A DNA stretch of 64,000 nt from Candidatus Microgenomates bacterium (GTDB lineage Bacteria > Patescibacteriota > Microgenomatia > UBA8517 > JACQJR01): contig JACQJR010000001.1 in assembly GCA_016204995.1 (NCBI GenBank), positions 539,034-603,033 on the forward strand, given 5' to 3'. The notes below the pieces were generated by a model that saw nothing but the letters and a program-made list of their open reading frames with translations, ran no database searches and had not been told where the DNA came from. Below are positions 45,997 through 55,514 of this stretch, in pieces. Position 1 is the first letter of the stretch. The number at the start of each line of letters is the position of its first letter. Made by a program: the position numbers and the translations under genes.

Positions 45997-47406
45997 ATGA
46001 AAGTTTTAGCTGATTTGCATTCTCATTCCAGATTTTCCCGAGCAGTTTCCCAACAAATGACCTTGCCGGTAATGGCCGAGTGGTCGCGGCGTAAGGGGAT
46101 AGATCTAGTGACGACAGCTGACTGGACCCATCCGTTGTGGTTAAAAGAGCTCCAGAGCGGCCTAGAAGAAGCGACAGAAGGTCTATATAAGTTAAAGGGT
46201 GGCCAGCCATCACCTTTGTTCCTTCTGTCTACAGAAGTGGCGGCGATTTATTCTCAAGGAGGTAAACAGCGGAGAATTCACTTATTGATTTTTGCGCCAA
46301 ATTTTGCGGCGGCTACCAAAATCAATGCCGCCTTAACCCGTTTAAGAATGAACTTATTTTCCGATGGACGGCCAATTTTAGGCATGAGCGCCCGCGATAT
46401 TACCAGGCTCGTGATGGAAACAGATGGGCGAAGCCTGGTGATTCCGGCTCATGTCTGGACTCCCTGGTTTTCTTTGTATGGCTCCATGTCCGGTTTTGAT
46501 TCTATTGAGGAATGTTTTGGTGATATGGCTAAATTTATTTATGGCATTGAAACAGGGCTATCTTCTGATCCGGCCATGAATTGGCGGGTTCAGGATCTGG
46601 ATAATAGGTCTATTTTATCTTTTTCCGATGCCCATAGCCCGGCCAAACTTTTGCGGGAAGCGACAGTTTTTGAGTTGGAAGAATTAAGTTATGGTAATAT
46701 TTACCAGGCTATTAGGCTCTCGGGCTCCTTGGCTCTTGGGCCGGAAGAAAAAAATCCTAATAGCCTAATGCCCCAACAGCCTAAGAGCCGTATTCTCTAT
46801 ACACTTGAATTCTATCCCGAAGAAGGAAAATATCATTACACCGGGCATAGAAATTGTGGGGTAAAACAAACACCGGAAGAAACTAAAAAAACGGGAGTAA
46901 TTTGTCCCAAATGTCACCGGCCGTTGACGGTAGGGGTGATGCAGCGCGTGCAGGATTTGGCCCGCGAATTTTCAAGCCCGCAGGGCCAAGCTCCGCTTAT
47001 GTCAAATGTCCAATTTCCAATGGATGAGTACGGAGTAAGATGGATGAAAAGTCAAGAATCTCGTCTGCCATATGTGATGATGGTGCCGCTTTTGGAGATA
47101 ATTTCCGAGGCCCTTAATTCAACAGTTTCCAGCCAAAAAGTGTTAAATGAATATAAAAAATTAACAGACGTGTGTGAAAATGAGAGCACAGTTTTACTCC
47201 GAACAAGGGGCGAAGAAATTGAAAGAGTATCAGGCCGAAAAATAAGCGAAGGAATTGAGAAAGTTAGACGGGGAGATATTTTTGTAGACCCGGGTTTTGA
47301 CGGAGAATTTGGCAAGGTAAAAATTTGGTCTGAAGGAGAGGATGGGGAAGAAAGTATAGAAAAAGTTGATAAGGTTGACCCAAAAGAACAGTTAGGACTG
47401 TTCTAG
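45997..47406 (+). CDS. endonuclease Q family (PHP domain plus Zn finger)
   Basis: DLHSHSRFS, PAHVWTPW, ETGLSSD, SDAHS, GKYHYTGHRNC..CPKC and PGFDGEFG motifs. Confidence 0.85.
   Translation: MKVLADLHSHSRFSRAVSQQMTLPVMAEWSRRKGIDLVTTADWTHPLWLKELQSGLEEATEGLYKLKGGQPSPLFLLSTEVAAIYSQGGKQRRIHLLIFAPNFAAATKINAALTRLRMNLFSDGRPILGMSARDITRLVMETDGRSLVIPAHVWTPWFSLYGSMSGFDSIEECFGDMAKFIYGIETGLSSDPAMNWRVQDLDNRSILSFSDAHSPAKLLREATVFELEELSYGNIYQAIRLSGSLALGPEEKNPNSLMPQQPKSRILYTLEFYPEEGKYHYTGHRNCGVKQTPEETKKTGVICPKCHRPLTVGVMQRVQDLAREFSSPQGQAPLMSNVQFPMDEYGVRWMKSQESRLPYVMMVPLLEIISEALNSTVSSQKVLNEYKKLTDVCENESTVLLRTRGEEIERVSGRKISEGIEKVRRGDIFVDPGFDGEFGKVKIWSEGEDGEESIEKVDKVDPKEQLGLF
46705..46790. repeat. in-frame 8-bp inverted array in EndoQ (same family as 641-713)
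   Basis: aggctattagg/cctaatagcct IR; ggctccttggctctt is the reverse complement of 686-700. Confidence 0.85.
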
Positions 47407-47409
47407 GAA

Positions 47410-47515
47410 ATTTCTAATTTTCAATTTCTAATTTCTAATGAATTTTCAATGATTAAATGTTTAAAACATTAAAAAATTAAAAATTGATTGAAAATTGTAG
47501 ATTAAAAATTAAACC
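47410..47515. repeat. 7-bp-period AT-rich inverted array
   Basis: tttctaa ttttcaa tttctaa tttctaa ... ttgaaaa ttgtaga ttaaaaa. Confidence 0.75.
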
Positions 47516-47516
47516 T

Positions 47517-48140
47517 ATGTTTCAAAATCGTTATCAAGCCGGTCAATTATTAGGAGAGGAATTAAAGAAGAGAGGTTATGGTAAAAATTGTATTATCTTG
47601 GCTATTCCGAGAGGTGGAGTGGTGACAGGTAAAGCAGTGGCAGACATTTTAGGAGCTAAATTAGATGTGGTGGTGGTACGTAAACTGGGAGCGCCGCCGC
47701 AGCCCGAGCTAGCAGTTGGTGCTGTTGGACCTGGAGGAATTAGGGTTATTAATCAAAATTTGATTAATAGTTTTGGATTAGATAGCCAGGATTTAGAAAA
47801 TATGGTTAGTATTTTAGAGGAGGAAATTAAAGAGAGAGAAGAAAAATTTAGAAGCGGAAAACGACATTTGATCCTAAAAAATAAAATAGTAATTTTAGTG
47901 GATGACGGAATTGCCACTGGGGCCACCATAGAAGCAGCTCTGGAATATATTAAATCAAAAAAGCCTTTACAGGTGGTTTTGGCTGCGCCGGTGGCTTCAG
48001 CCGATACTTTGATGCACTTAGAGATGTTAGTAGATAGTTTAGTAGTATTAGAAAAGCCGGTAGAATTCGGATCAATGGGCCAGTTTTATGGTGAATTTCC
48101 CCAAGTGACAGACGAAGAAGTGGTACAATTATTGTTATGA
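47517..48140 (+). CDS. phosphoribosyltransferase family protein
   Basis: IPRGG, VRKLGAP and LVDDGIATGAT motifs. Confidence 0.88.
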   Translation: MFQNRYQAGQLLGEELKKRGYGKNCIILAIPRGGVVTGKAVADILGAKLDVVVVRKLGAPPQPELAVGAVGPGGIRVINQNLINSFGLDSQDLENMVSILEEEIKEREEKFRSGKRHLILKNKIVILVDDGIATGATIEAALEYIKSKKPLQVVLAAPVASADTLMHLEMLVDSLVVLEKPVEFGSMGQFYGEFPQVTDEEVVQLLL

Positions 48141-48613
48141 AATTAATTATCGGTTTAGGTAATCCAGGAGCAGAATATGCCAATACCCGACATAATGTAG
48201 GATATATGGTAGTTGATCAATTAAAAGTGCAAAGTGCAAAGTTCAAAGATATGACATTTGCTAAAACTAATGTTTTTATGAATGAGTCAGGTCAAGCAGT
48301 AAAAAGGATAATGCCAAATGCCAAATGCCAAATGCCAAATTTATACATAGTTCACGATGACTTAGACATCCCGCTGGGCCAATTTAAGATCCAGTTTGGT
48401 AAAGGTCCCAAAGACCATAAAGGTATTCAATCTATTGAAGAAGCGCTCAAAACAGATCAATTTTGGCGAGTAAGGGTAGGGGTGGACAACCGTGATCCCA
48501 AATCTAGGATTCCAGGTGAAGAATATGTGCTGCAGGAATTTAATAGTCAGGAGCAGGAAGTTTTGACTGGCGTCATCTCCAAAGTTACCCAAGAGCTTGC
48601 TAAATTACCATGA
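48137..48613 (+). CDS. pth: peptidyl-tRNA hydrolase
   Basis: GLGNPG, TRHNVG, FMNESG and HDDLD motifs; two heptamer arrays in loops. Confidence 0.92.
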   Translation: MKLIIGLGNPGAEYANTRHNVGYMVVDQLKVQSAKFKDMTFAKTNVFMNESGQAVKRIMPNAKCQMPNLYIVHDDLDIPLGQFKIQFGKGPKDHKGIQSIEEALKTDQFWRVRVGVDNRDPKSRIPGEEYVLQEFNSQEQEVLTGVISKVTQELAKLP

Positions 48614-48915
48614 GTCATTTTGATAATGTTGGTAGCATTTTGAAACGTTTTAATCCACTCTCGGACAAATATATTTCGCGGGAATTCCAAAAGTATGGTT
48701 ATGATTTGGCGCTGGAGTTCGCAGATGAAGATCATAAATCCTTATATATCAAGCTGGCCAAAGAATTACCCCGGGCTCTTTTGGAAGAAGCGCGTTATTT
48801 TGTTAAAGAAGCCAAAGCCGATTCTAAGCCTAAACTATTTATGTGGAAATTAAAGCAACTCAAAACTCAAATGTTAAATGTCAAATCCGAAGCTCAAAAT
48901 CTAAAATCCAGATAG
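48610..48915 (+). CDS. hypothetical protein; C-terminus encoded by an array
   Basis: 101-aa ORF with ATGA overlap. Confidence 0.65.
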   Translation: MSHFDNVGSILKRFNPLSDKYISREFQKYGYDLALEFADEDHKSLYIKLAKELPRALLEEARYFVKEAKADSKPKLFMWKLKQLKTQMLNVKSEAQNLKSR

Positions 48916-48989
48916 TTTTTAGATTTAAGTTATAGTTTTGAGCTTTGCACCCGAGGGGTCAAGCTTCGCTTCGTTCTAAGTTTTGAATT
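48857..48989. repeat. 7-bp inverted array (TCAAA / TTTGA) with a nested double mini-hairpin
   Basis: actcaaa actcaaa tgttaaa tgtcaaa ... ttttgag ... accc-gag-gggt-c-aagc-ttc-gctt ... ttttgaa. Confidence 0.8.
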
Positions 48990-49961
48990 ATGTTAAACGG
49001 TAATTGGGTAGATTTAATAATTTTAGTCATCCTGGCCTTTTATATTTTGGAGGGCCTGGAGAGAGGATTTTGGGTGCTGGTAGCAGAACTGGCGGGATTT
49101 TTAGGGTCTATTGCGGCGGCTTTACGTTTCTATCCACTGGTTGCTAAGCTACTGATTGATAATTTCAATTTGCCCCATTCTTTGGCTAATGCCTTAGGTT
49201 TTCTGGCGGCGGCAGTTGCCAGTGAGATGGCGATTTCTTATCTAATTGTCAAAATAATTTGGCCGCGGATTCCCAGACGTTTTTTAGAAACTCCTATTCA
49301 AAAATTTCTAGGCATTATTCCATCACTTTTTAATGGTTTGATACTGATCGCTTTTTTCTTAACACTCTTTTTAGCTTTGCCTCTTAACCCGCAAATTAAA
49401 GCTGATATCAATAATTCCAAAGTTGGCGGCTATTTAGTTGATCGGACAGTTGGCTTGGAAAGAAAGCTGGCTGACATTTTTGGTGGTGCTATTCGTGATA
49501 GTTTGACATATTTTACTGTAGAGCCGAAATCTAATGAAAGGGTTAGTTTAACAAACCTGACGCCTGCTAAATTAACTATAGATACACAGGCAGAAACACA
49601 ACTGTTTGCCTTAGTGAATAAAGAGAGGCGGGATCGGGGGATAGCAGAGTTGGTCTGGGATCCCCAAATTGTGGAAGTGGCCCGAAAACACTCTCGCGAT
49701 ATGTGGGAGCGGCATTATTTTGCCCATGTTGATCCGGATGGTAAAGATCCGGGAGATAGACTGAAAGCAGGGGGCATATCTTTTACCTTAGCCGGAGAGA
49801 ATCTGGCTTTGGCTCCGACTACTCAAATGGCCCATCAAGGCTTAATGAATAGTGAAGGCCACCGTCGTAATATTTTAGATCCGGATTTTAAGAAAATTGG
49901 TATTGGAGTTATTGATGGAGGAGTATATGGAAAAATGTTTACACAGAATTTTACGGATTGA
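48990..49961 (+). CDS. CvpA-like membrane domain fused to a CAP/SCP domain
   Basis: NWVDLIIL N-terminal TMs; VNKER, HSRDM, GENLA and MNSEGHRRNIL motifs. Confidence 0.85.
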   Translation: MLNGNWVDLIILVILAFYILEGLERGFWVLVAELAGFLGSIAAALRFYPLVAKLLIDNFNLPHSLANALGFLAAAVASEMAISYLIVKIIWPRIPRRFLETPIQKFLGIIPSLFNGLILIAFFLTLFLALPLNPQIKADINNSKVGGYLVDRTVGLERKLADIFGGAIRDSLTYFTVEPKSNERVSLTNLTPAKLTIDTQAETQLFALVNKERRDRGIAELVWDPQIVEVARKHSRDMWERHYFAHVDPDGKDPGDRLKAGGISFTLAGENLALAPTTQMAHQGLMNSEGHRRNILDPDFKKIGIGVIDGGVYGKMFTQNFTD

Positions 49962-50382
49962 TATATTCCTGATATTCTCCTGATTCAATTCTGCTCAAAA
50001 CACTTTTAATTAACTCGTAATCGCCTGATTCTAAAGCTATTTTTTCCTTGTCAAAAACTCCTGTAATAAGTTTTCTGGCTTGACCGGTTGATGTAAAGAA
50101 ATAACCAACATTTCCAGATGCTGTCTCTTCGTCAAATTTTATGTTAACTATCTCACCCTCAAGTTCAGGTAGAAATAATTTAAATGTTGCGTTAGAGGGG
50201 CAATCTTTTCCATTCACACTAAGCAATATAAATCTATAATCTGTGTTGGAAGCAGAAGTAAAAAAATCCTTTCTTTGCTGGGTGAAAGGATAAAACTCTT
50301 TATTTCCCACCACGATTCTTTTTATCTGATTTGCTATTTCACTATTCAACATCCTTAAACTTTCTTCCTCTTGTTTTTCCAT
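49951..50382 (-). CDS. hypothetical protein
   Basis: 143-aa ORF with an upstream -10 (tataat). Confidence 0.55.
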   Translation of the reverse strand: MEKQEEESLRMLNSEIANQIKRIVVGNKEFYPFTQQRKDFFTSASNTDYRFILLSVNGKDCPSNATFKLFLPELEGEIVNIKFDEETASGNVGYFFTSTGQARKLITGVFDKEKIALESGDYELIKSVLSRIESGEYQEYINP

Positions 50383-50439
50383 AACTATGATATTATATCA
50401 TAAATGAGGCTAAAAATATTTTTAATTGCGGTTGGTTTT

Positions 50440-50730
50440 ATGAAACTCCAGAAAGATATCTATCGCTTAATTAAGAAAATTCCCCGGGGCAAAGTAACTA
50501 CTTATGGAACTATTGCCAGAGAACTAAAAATTTCTGCCAGAAGTGTGGGGCAAATTTTACACCGCAATCCAGATCCGGCACATATTCCCTGTCATAGAGT
50601 AGTAGACAGAAATGGTCGTTTAGCCGAAAATTTCGCTTTCGGCGGGGCCAGGGAACAGTACAGACTATTATTTAATGAAGGCGTGAAGTTTAAGGATTTC
50701 TTGCATGTTGATTTAGAAAAATATCTGTAA
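50440..50730 (+). CDS. MGMT family O6-alkylguanine alkyltransferase (C-terminal domain only)
   Basis: IPRGKVTTYGTIA, ARSVG and IPCHRVV motifs. Confidence 0.88.
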   Translation: MKLQKDIYRLIKKIPRGKVTTYGTIARELKISARSVGQILHRNPDPAHIPCHRVVDRNGRLAENFAFGGAREQYRLLFNEGVKFKDFLHVDLEKYL

Positions 50731-50775
50731 GCAAAGCTTGTAAAGCCGTGGGCTTTATAGTACAGTTTAGAAGGC

Positions 50776-51513
50776 ATGCGAAAAATTAAGAAGTGGATTT
50801 TGTGGGGTGGGGTGGGGGTAGTAATAATAGCCGGACTGTGGTGGTTAGCTCGCGAGGCGACTAAACCAGTGCCGGGCGAGACTTTGGGAGAAAAAGTGGC
50901 CGATATGGGAGCAAATCATGTTACCGATATTTCTGGGGTGACTTATAATTCCGATCCTCCCACCTCCGGACCTCATTTTGGTATCTGGGCCAAGAAGGGA
51001 GTTTATGATCGGGTCATTTCCGATGGACATTTGATTCATTCCCTAGAACATGGTTATGTAGCTGTTTCCTATAACTGCGACAAACTAGTGCCTAGTGCCT
51101 ACTCCGAAGGAGCAAGCTTTGCTTACTATCTAGTGCCTTCTGTATTGGCCCATGAGAGTGATGAACCGCATGAGGAAGCAACTGTTTCTGGTACTGCCAC
51201 CGATAGTGCTCGTCCTTTAACTAGAATGAACACCAGCGGCATGAGTTTTTTTACGCCCAGTAATCCACCAGCCAGCGAGGTGACTCTTTCAGAAAATTTC
51301 CAAAGCGAGGGGTGTAAAAAGCTGGTCAATGATCTTTGGGAGACTGTTAAAGGTTGGCAGAGAGTCATTGTGGTGCCGCGACCAAATATGGATAGCCCAA
51401 TTACGCTAACTGCTTGGACCAGAATTTTGAAATTGGATTCATACGACAGCCAAAAAATTAAAGAATTTGTGGAAGCTTTTCATAATCGGGGACCGGAAAA
51501 AACAACAGAGTAA
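50776..51513 (+). CDS. DUF3105-like membrane-anchored protein with an insertion
   Basis: YNSDPPTSGPH, HSLEHG, LTAW and GPE motifs. Confidence 0.75.
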   Translation: MRKIKKWILWGGVGVVIIAGLWWLAREATKPVPGETLGEKVADMGANHVTDISGVTYNSDPPTSGPHFGIWAKKGVYDRVISDGHLIHSLEHGYVAVSYNCDKLVPSAYSEGASFAYYLVPSVLAHESDEPHEEATVSGTATDSARPLTRMNTSGMSFFTPSNPPASEVTLSENFQSEGCKKLVNDLWETVKGWQRVIVVPRPNMDSPITLTAWTRILKLDSYDSQKIKEFVEAFHNRGPEKTTE

Positions 51514-51521
51514 ACTATTTA

Positions 51522-52715
51522 TTGAAGATGAAAATATCCTTATTTTTAATTTTTAGCGGCCTAATCTGGTTGGGATTCTGGCTGGGCTTAAACGTAGGTA
51601 AAATCTCCAGTTTTGTGCGGAGCCCGCGACTGCCGGCTATTTATTTGCCAAGTGCAGGCGAGAATATGACACCTAAACAGCTGCAAGAAGCCCTATCCAA
51701 CAAAAATTTTACTTTCATTAATGTCCACACTCCTTATGAAGGGGAGATAGCAAAGACAGATTTGTTTATTAACTTTGACGAAATGCAGGCCAATGAAAAA
51801 CTCTTGCCCCAAGATAAAAATACTGCCATTGTCCTTTATTGCAAAACCGGCAATATGAGCGGTCAGGCTCTCTCCACCTTAAAGAAAATGGGCTACACCA
51901 ATGTTCGTCATTTAGCAGGCGGTATGGATTCTTGGCAAAAGAATGGTCAAGCTGTCTTGGATTTGTCCAAACTGACAGAGCAAGTGTTACCCAAAGATGG
52001 AGTGACTTTGCCGGTTAACTGGGGTGGGCTTGGTCCCAAGCTGGTCGCGGCCGGAGTAATTGATCTGGACAAATTTACCAAAGCTACGAAGTTAACTGAC
52101 GAGCAGAAAAAGATTTTGAGCCAAGGGGGAGAGATGCCGATTAAGATTGATAATAGTAATAGCCATTTCGTCGTTAATGTGCTTTGGGCCTTGGGGCTGG
52201 CCCAAAAAAGCCTAGTTTACGATGAAGGGCCGTTGGGCAAGGAATACAAAAATAAAGCCGGCAACTTTGCTTCTACCGGCGGCTGGACTTTAGCTAAAGG
52301 AACGGCCACAAATTATCTGAATAAATTTGATTTAATTCCTTTAACTGGCGATCAGCAAAAGAAAGTAGGTGAGATTGCCAAAAATATCTACCGTCCTTGT
52401 TGCGGCAACCCTACCTGGTTTCCGGATTGCAATCATGGCATGGCAGCTTTGGCGGTGATTGAGCTATTAGTGTCTCAAAACCTCTCGGAATCAGAAATTT
52501 ATAAATATATCTTGGGTTTTAATTCCTTCTGGTTTCCTGATAATTATTTAACCGCCGCTACTTACTTTGCCCGTCAGGGAACTAAATGGGATCAAGTTGA
52601 TGCTAAAAGAGTCTTGTCGGCCGAATTTTCTTCGGCCAAAGGAGCTTCCGAAGTTGCCAAAAAAGTCGGGCCGCTGCCTTATGCTAATATCAGCGGCGGC
52701 AGTTGTGGTGCCTAA
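51522..52715 (+). CDS. membrane-anchored rhodanese-domain protein fused to an uncharacterised Cys/His domain
   Basis: YCKTGNMS and LAGGMDSW; C-terminal RPCCGN..PDCNHGMA, GGSC. Confidence 0.7.
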   Translation: MKMKISLFLIFSGLIWLGFWLGLNVGKISSFVRSPRLPAIYLPSAGENMTPKQLQEALSNKNFTFINVHTPYEGEIAKTDLFINFDEMQANEKLLPQDKNTAIVLYCKTGNMSGQALSTLKKMGYTNVRHLAGGMDSWQKNGQAVLDLSKLTEQVLPKDGVTLPVNWGGLGPKLVAAGVIDLDKFTKATKLTDEQKKILSQGGEMPIKIDNSNSHFVVNVLWALGLAQKSLVYDEGPLGKEYKNKAGNFASTGGWTLAKGTATNYLNKFDLIPLTGDQQKKVGEIAKNIYRPCCGNPTWFPDCNHGMAALAVIELLVSQNLSESEIYKYILGFNSFWFPDNYLTAATYFARQGTKWDQVDAKRVLSAEFSSAKGASEVAKKVGPLPYANISGGSCGA

Positions 52716-53356
52716 TACAAAAGTTTATCTACTTCAACTGTCAGCTCTTGATTTCTGATTGCCATGGCCGGGTCGTCTTTAATGAACTTGACAATTCCTT
52801 CTTTGTCAATTAAGACGTAGCTATGTCCGGGAAATTGACCTTTGTGCATTGAAGAGGGAAGGGTTAAGACTCCATATTTTTGGGAAATTTCCCGTCCGCT
52901 ATCAAAAAGCACGGTGGCCAAAGCCAACTCGGGCATTTTGTTTACCGCCGCTTTCCAATCATTTTTAGGATCAACTGTAATATTTAAAATTACTGCTTTA
53001 CTATTTAATGTCGTATCTTTACTAAAGGCGGTAATTTGATTCCAACAAGACGGATAACACATTAATCCTTCGTTAAAAAAAAGAATGACGTTTTTACCTT
53101 TTAACTGGCTCAAAGAGATTTTTTTACTATCATAAGTTTCCAGAGTGAAGCCGGGCGCTGTTTTGCCCACTAAACCGTTAAAAATGGTAGCATCCACCGC
53201 TGCGCCACTTCCATGATGATCGGCTGTAGAAACTGTAGAATTAGCCTGGGTGTTAGTAGTGGCAGTTTTGTCTTTGGTAGTAAGGTTAATAAAAAATACA
53301 ATCAGTGTTAAAATTATGCCGTTGACGGTAATGACAATAAATATATTTTTAGCCAT
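52712..53356 (-). CDS. membrane-anchored redoxin (AhpC/TSA-like, CYPSC)
   Basis: GKTAPGFTL, LKGKNVILFF, CYPSC and LIDKEG motifs. Confidence 0.75.
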   Translation of the reverse strand: MAKNIFIVITVNGIILTLIVFFINLTTKDKTATTNTQANSTVSTADHHGSGAAVDATIFNGLVGKTAPGFTLETYDSKKISLSQLKGKNVILFFNEGLMCYPSCWNQITAFSKDTTLNSKAVILNITVDPKNDWKAAVNKMPELALATVLFDSGREISQKYGVLTLPSSMHKGQFPGHSYVLIDKEGIVKFIKDDPAMAIRNQELTVEVDKLLY

Positions 53357-53359
53357 TTT

Positions 53360-54259
53360 TCACCTCCTTTTACTTTTGGTAGCTTTACGCGAAAATGAGC
53401 TTCGTCTAAGAGACATAAACTGTTTAATGGCTAAATAAATAAGCAGTATGGTTATGCCTATAAAAATAGCCGCCCACACATTTTCCGGAACAAAGCTGGT
53501 GAAATTACCTATCAATTTAATAAATTTGGTCAAGTAAATATTAAGAGCTACTTGATAGGAGGCATGCGAGGTTAATCCACCTACCATAGCCAGATAAATA
53601 ATCATTATTCCCAGAATTAAAAACATTAATCCGGAAAATAGATTAGCTAAAGTTAAACTGATTTTTTGACCTAGGATAGTATAAGAAAAGCCTCTCCTAA
53701 AGACAAAAAATTTCTTGGTAAAATCTATTTTATCCAAAAAGAAAGCGATGGTAAATAAAGGCAGTACCATGCCCAAAACATAAGCTAAGGTATAAACTCC
53801 TCCTAAAAAGACTGAGCCGGGAAGAGCAGATAAAGTCAAGACGCCAGCCAAGACCGGAGCGCAACAAGTGGTGGCCACAGCCGAAAATACTCCTAAAATA
53901 TAGACAGAGATAAAATCCTGCCTTTTTAACTCGGGGTGGGCACTAAAGGGTAAAGAAAACTGTTGTCCCAAAAGCAAACTAGTGCCCAAGAATAATAAAA
54001 AGATGCCTCCGGCAATAAAAATCGTGTCGTGATATTGACTGAAGATTTGAGTGATAAAGGAAACCCCTAGGCCAATTGGCAAAAAGATAGATAGAATACC
54101 TAGAAAATAGACAAAAGTCATTAAAAAGACGGTCGTTTTTTGCTTGAAAATGGAAGCCAAATAGGTGGGTAAAAGTACAGTAATACAACAAGGAGCAAAA
54201 AGAGCGGCAATGCCGGCGACAAAGGAGGCGATAAAAGAAGCACTGACTAAAAGGTCCAC
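53360..54259 (-). CDS. CcdA/DsbD-like thiol-transfer membrane protein
   Basis: FAPCC..LLPTY, TCCAP and YVLG motifs. Confidence 0.8.
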   Translation of the reverse strand: MDLLVSASFIASFVAGIAALFAPCCITVLLPTYLASIFKQKTTVFLMTFVYFLGILSIFLPIGLGVSFITQIFSQYHDTIFIAGGIFLLFLGTSLLLGQQFSLPFSAHPELKRQDFISVYILGVFSAVATTCCAPVLAGVLTLSALPGSVFLGGVYTLAYVLGMVLPLFTIAFFLDKIDFTKKFFVFRRGFSYTILGQKISLTLANLFSGLMFLILGIMIIYLAMVGGLTSHASYQVALNIYLTKFIKLIGNFTSFVPENVWAAIFIGITILLIYLAIKQFMSLRRSSFSRKATKSKRR

Positions 54260-54675
54260 CTAAAACTCCTTTCTGTTACACCACCCACATTTTTAATCTT
54301 TAATTCAATAGATTTCGGTCTGGGAGAAATAGTCTTAAATTTTAGTATTCCACGGCGGTGATGGCCGCCTGGCGGATCACCCTCCCACGAAAGCGGTTTA
54401 AACACCTTTCCTTGATCATCCATTAGAAGAGACATTGCCACTAAATCTGTGTTAAGTTCCTCTGAATGAGTGTCCAGAGTGATATCAAAATCCCAAGTGT
54501 TTACTCCATTTTCCCAACCGTGAGGAGCAACGGTTACCGTCACCGGTCCTTCACTATTTTCTTTGACTGCCAGAATGATATTACTGCCAGTATCTGGCGG
54601 GGGGTTAATTATCATTTTGGCTGCCACTCCTACTAGTGCTATCACAACTAAGATAATTATAATTTTTTTCATCAT
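54247..54675 (-). CDS. exported hypothetical protein with His motifs
   Basis: signal anchor; LDTHS and GGHHR motifs. Confidence 0.65.
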   Translation of the reverse strand: MMKKIIIILVVIALVGVAAKMIINPPPDTGSNIILAVKENSEGPVTVTVAPHGWENGVNTWDFDITLDTHSEELNTDLVAMSLLMDDQGKVFKPLSWEGDPPGGHHRRGILKFKTISPRPKSIELKIKNVGGVTERSFRWTF

Positions 54676-54702
54676 TTGAGATTAGTGGAATAATTCTCGT
54701 GT

Positions 54703-55158
54703 CTATTGCTGGTAATTTAATACCTTGTTGCCAATAAAATATATGCCTAAAAGATTAAAAAATAAACCAATCCAGAAAAATTGGACTTGATATTGACCAA
54801 TAATGGTAATTATCCCCGTTGCTCCCAAAATTGGCAAGATGTTGGTTAGATAGTGAGCACAACAAGAAATCATCGCGGCAGTGGAGGTGGCTCCGGTAGT
54901 TGCTAAAACTTGCGGCGAAGCATTTTTAATCAGAGCTTTTAGATAACTATACAAACCAACTTGTATCCCGAAACCGATGGCTAAGGCCATGATAAAATAC
55001 CAAAACCGAGAAAATTGGTCTTGAGCAAAAACCCAACCAGAGATGGAGGTGAGAATAATAAAATATATCGCCAATAAAATTATGATAGCGATAAAACCTG
55101 TCAAGATTGCCTTGACGATAAGTTCCAGCTTAAAATCACTTTTCATAAAGTAATGCAA
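54703..55158 (-). CDS. membrane protein with an SCCAH motif
   Basis: 4 TMs; MISCCAH; copper-cluster context. Confidence 0.65.
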   Translation of the reverse strand: MHYFMKSDFKLELIVKAILTGFIAIIILLAIYFIILTSISGWVFAQDQFSRFWYFIMALAIGFGIQVGLYSYLKALIKNASPQVLATTGATSTAAMISCCAHYLTNILPILGATGIITIIGQYQVQFFWIGLFFNLLGIYFIGNKVLNYQQ

Positions 55159-55222
55159 AAACTAGCTGTTACTAAATTTACGAGAAAACAATTAGTACAG
55201 CTATTTGCCACCTTTCATGTAG

Positions 55223-55489
55223 TTAGGCATCGGGTTTCAATTTATTATAAACACCGGCAAAAACATAACCGACCAACCAGGTACCGATCATAGCGCTGAC
55301 TAATCCCAACACAAAATTACTGCGGGGAGTACCGGTCCAAATTTGGTTTAAATCCAAACCATGAAACCAACTCTCAGCCAGTGCTTTGGAAAAATCTGGC
55401 AAAAAGGCTACGGCTGCCGCGCACACCACATAGATAAGACCAGTGACAATAGCCGACGCATTAGCCCAAGCCAATTCATTTAATTTCAT
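55223..55489 (-). CDS. small membrane protein (DUF5676-like)
   Basis: SD aaggaggtg; YVVC, WFHG and YN motifs. Confidence 0.65.
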   Translation of the reverse strand: MKLNELAWANASAIVTGLIYVVCAAAVAFLPDFSKALAESWFHGLDLNQIWTGTPRSNFVLGLVSAMIGTWLVGYVFAGVYNKLKPDA

Positions 55490-55514
55490 CTTTATTTTCA
55501 CCTCCTTTCGGTTT

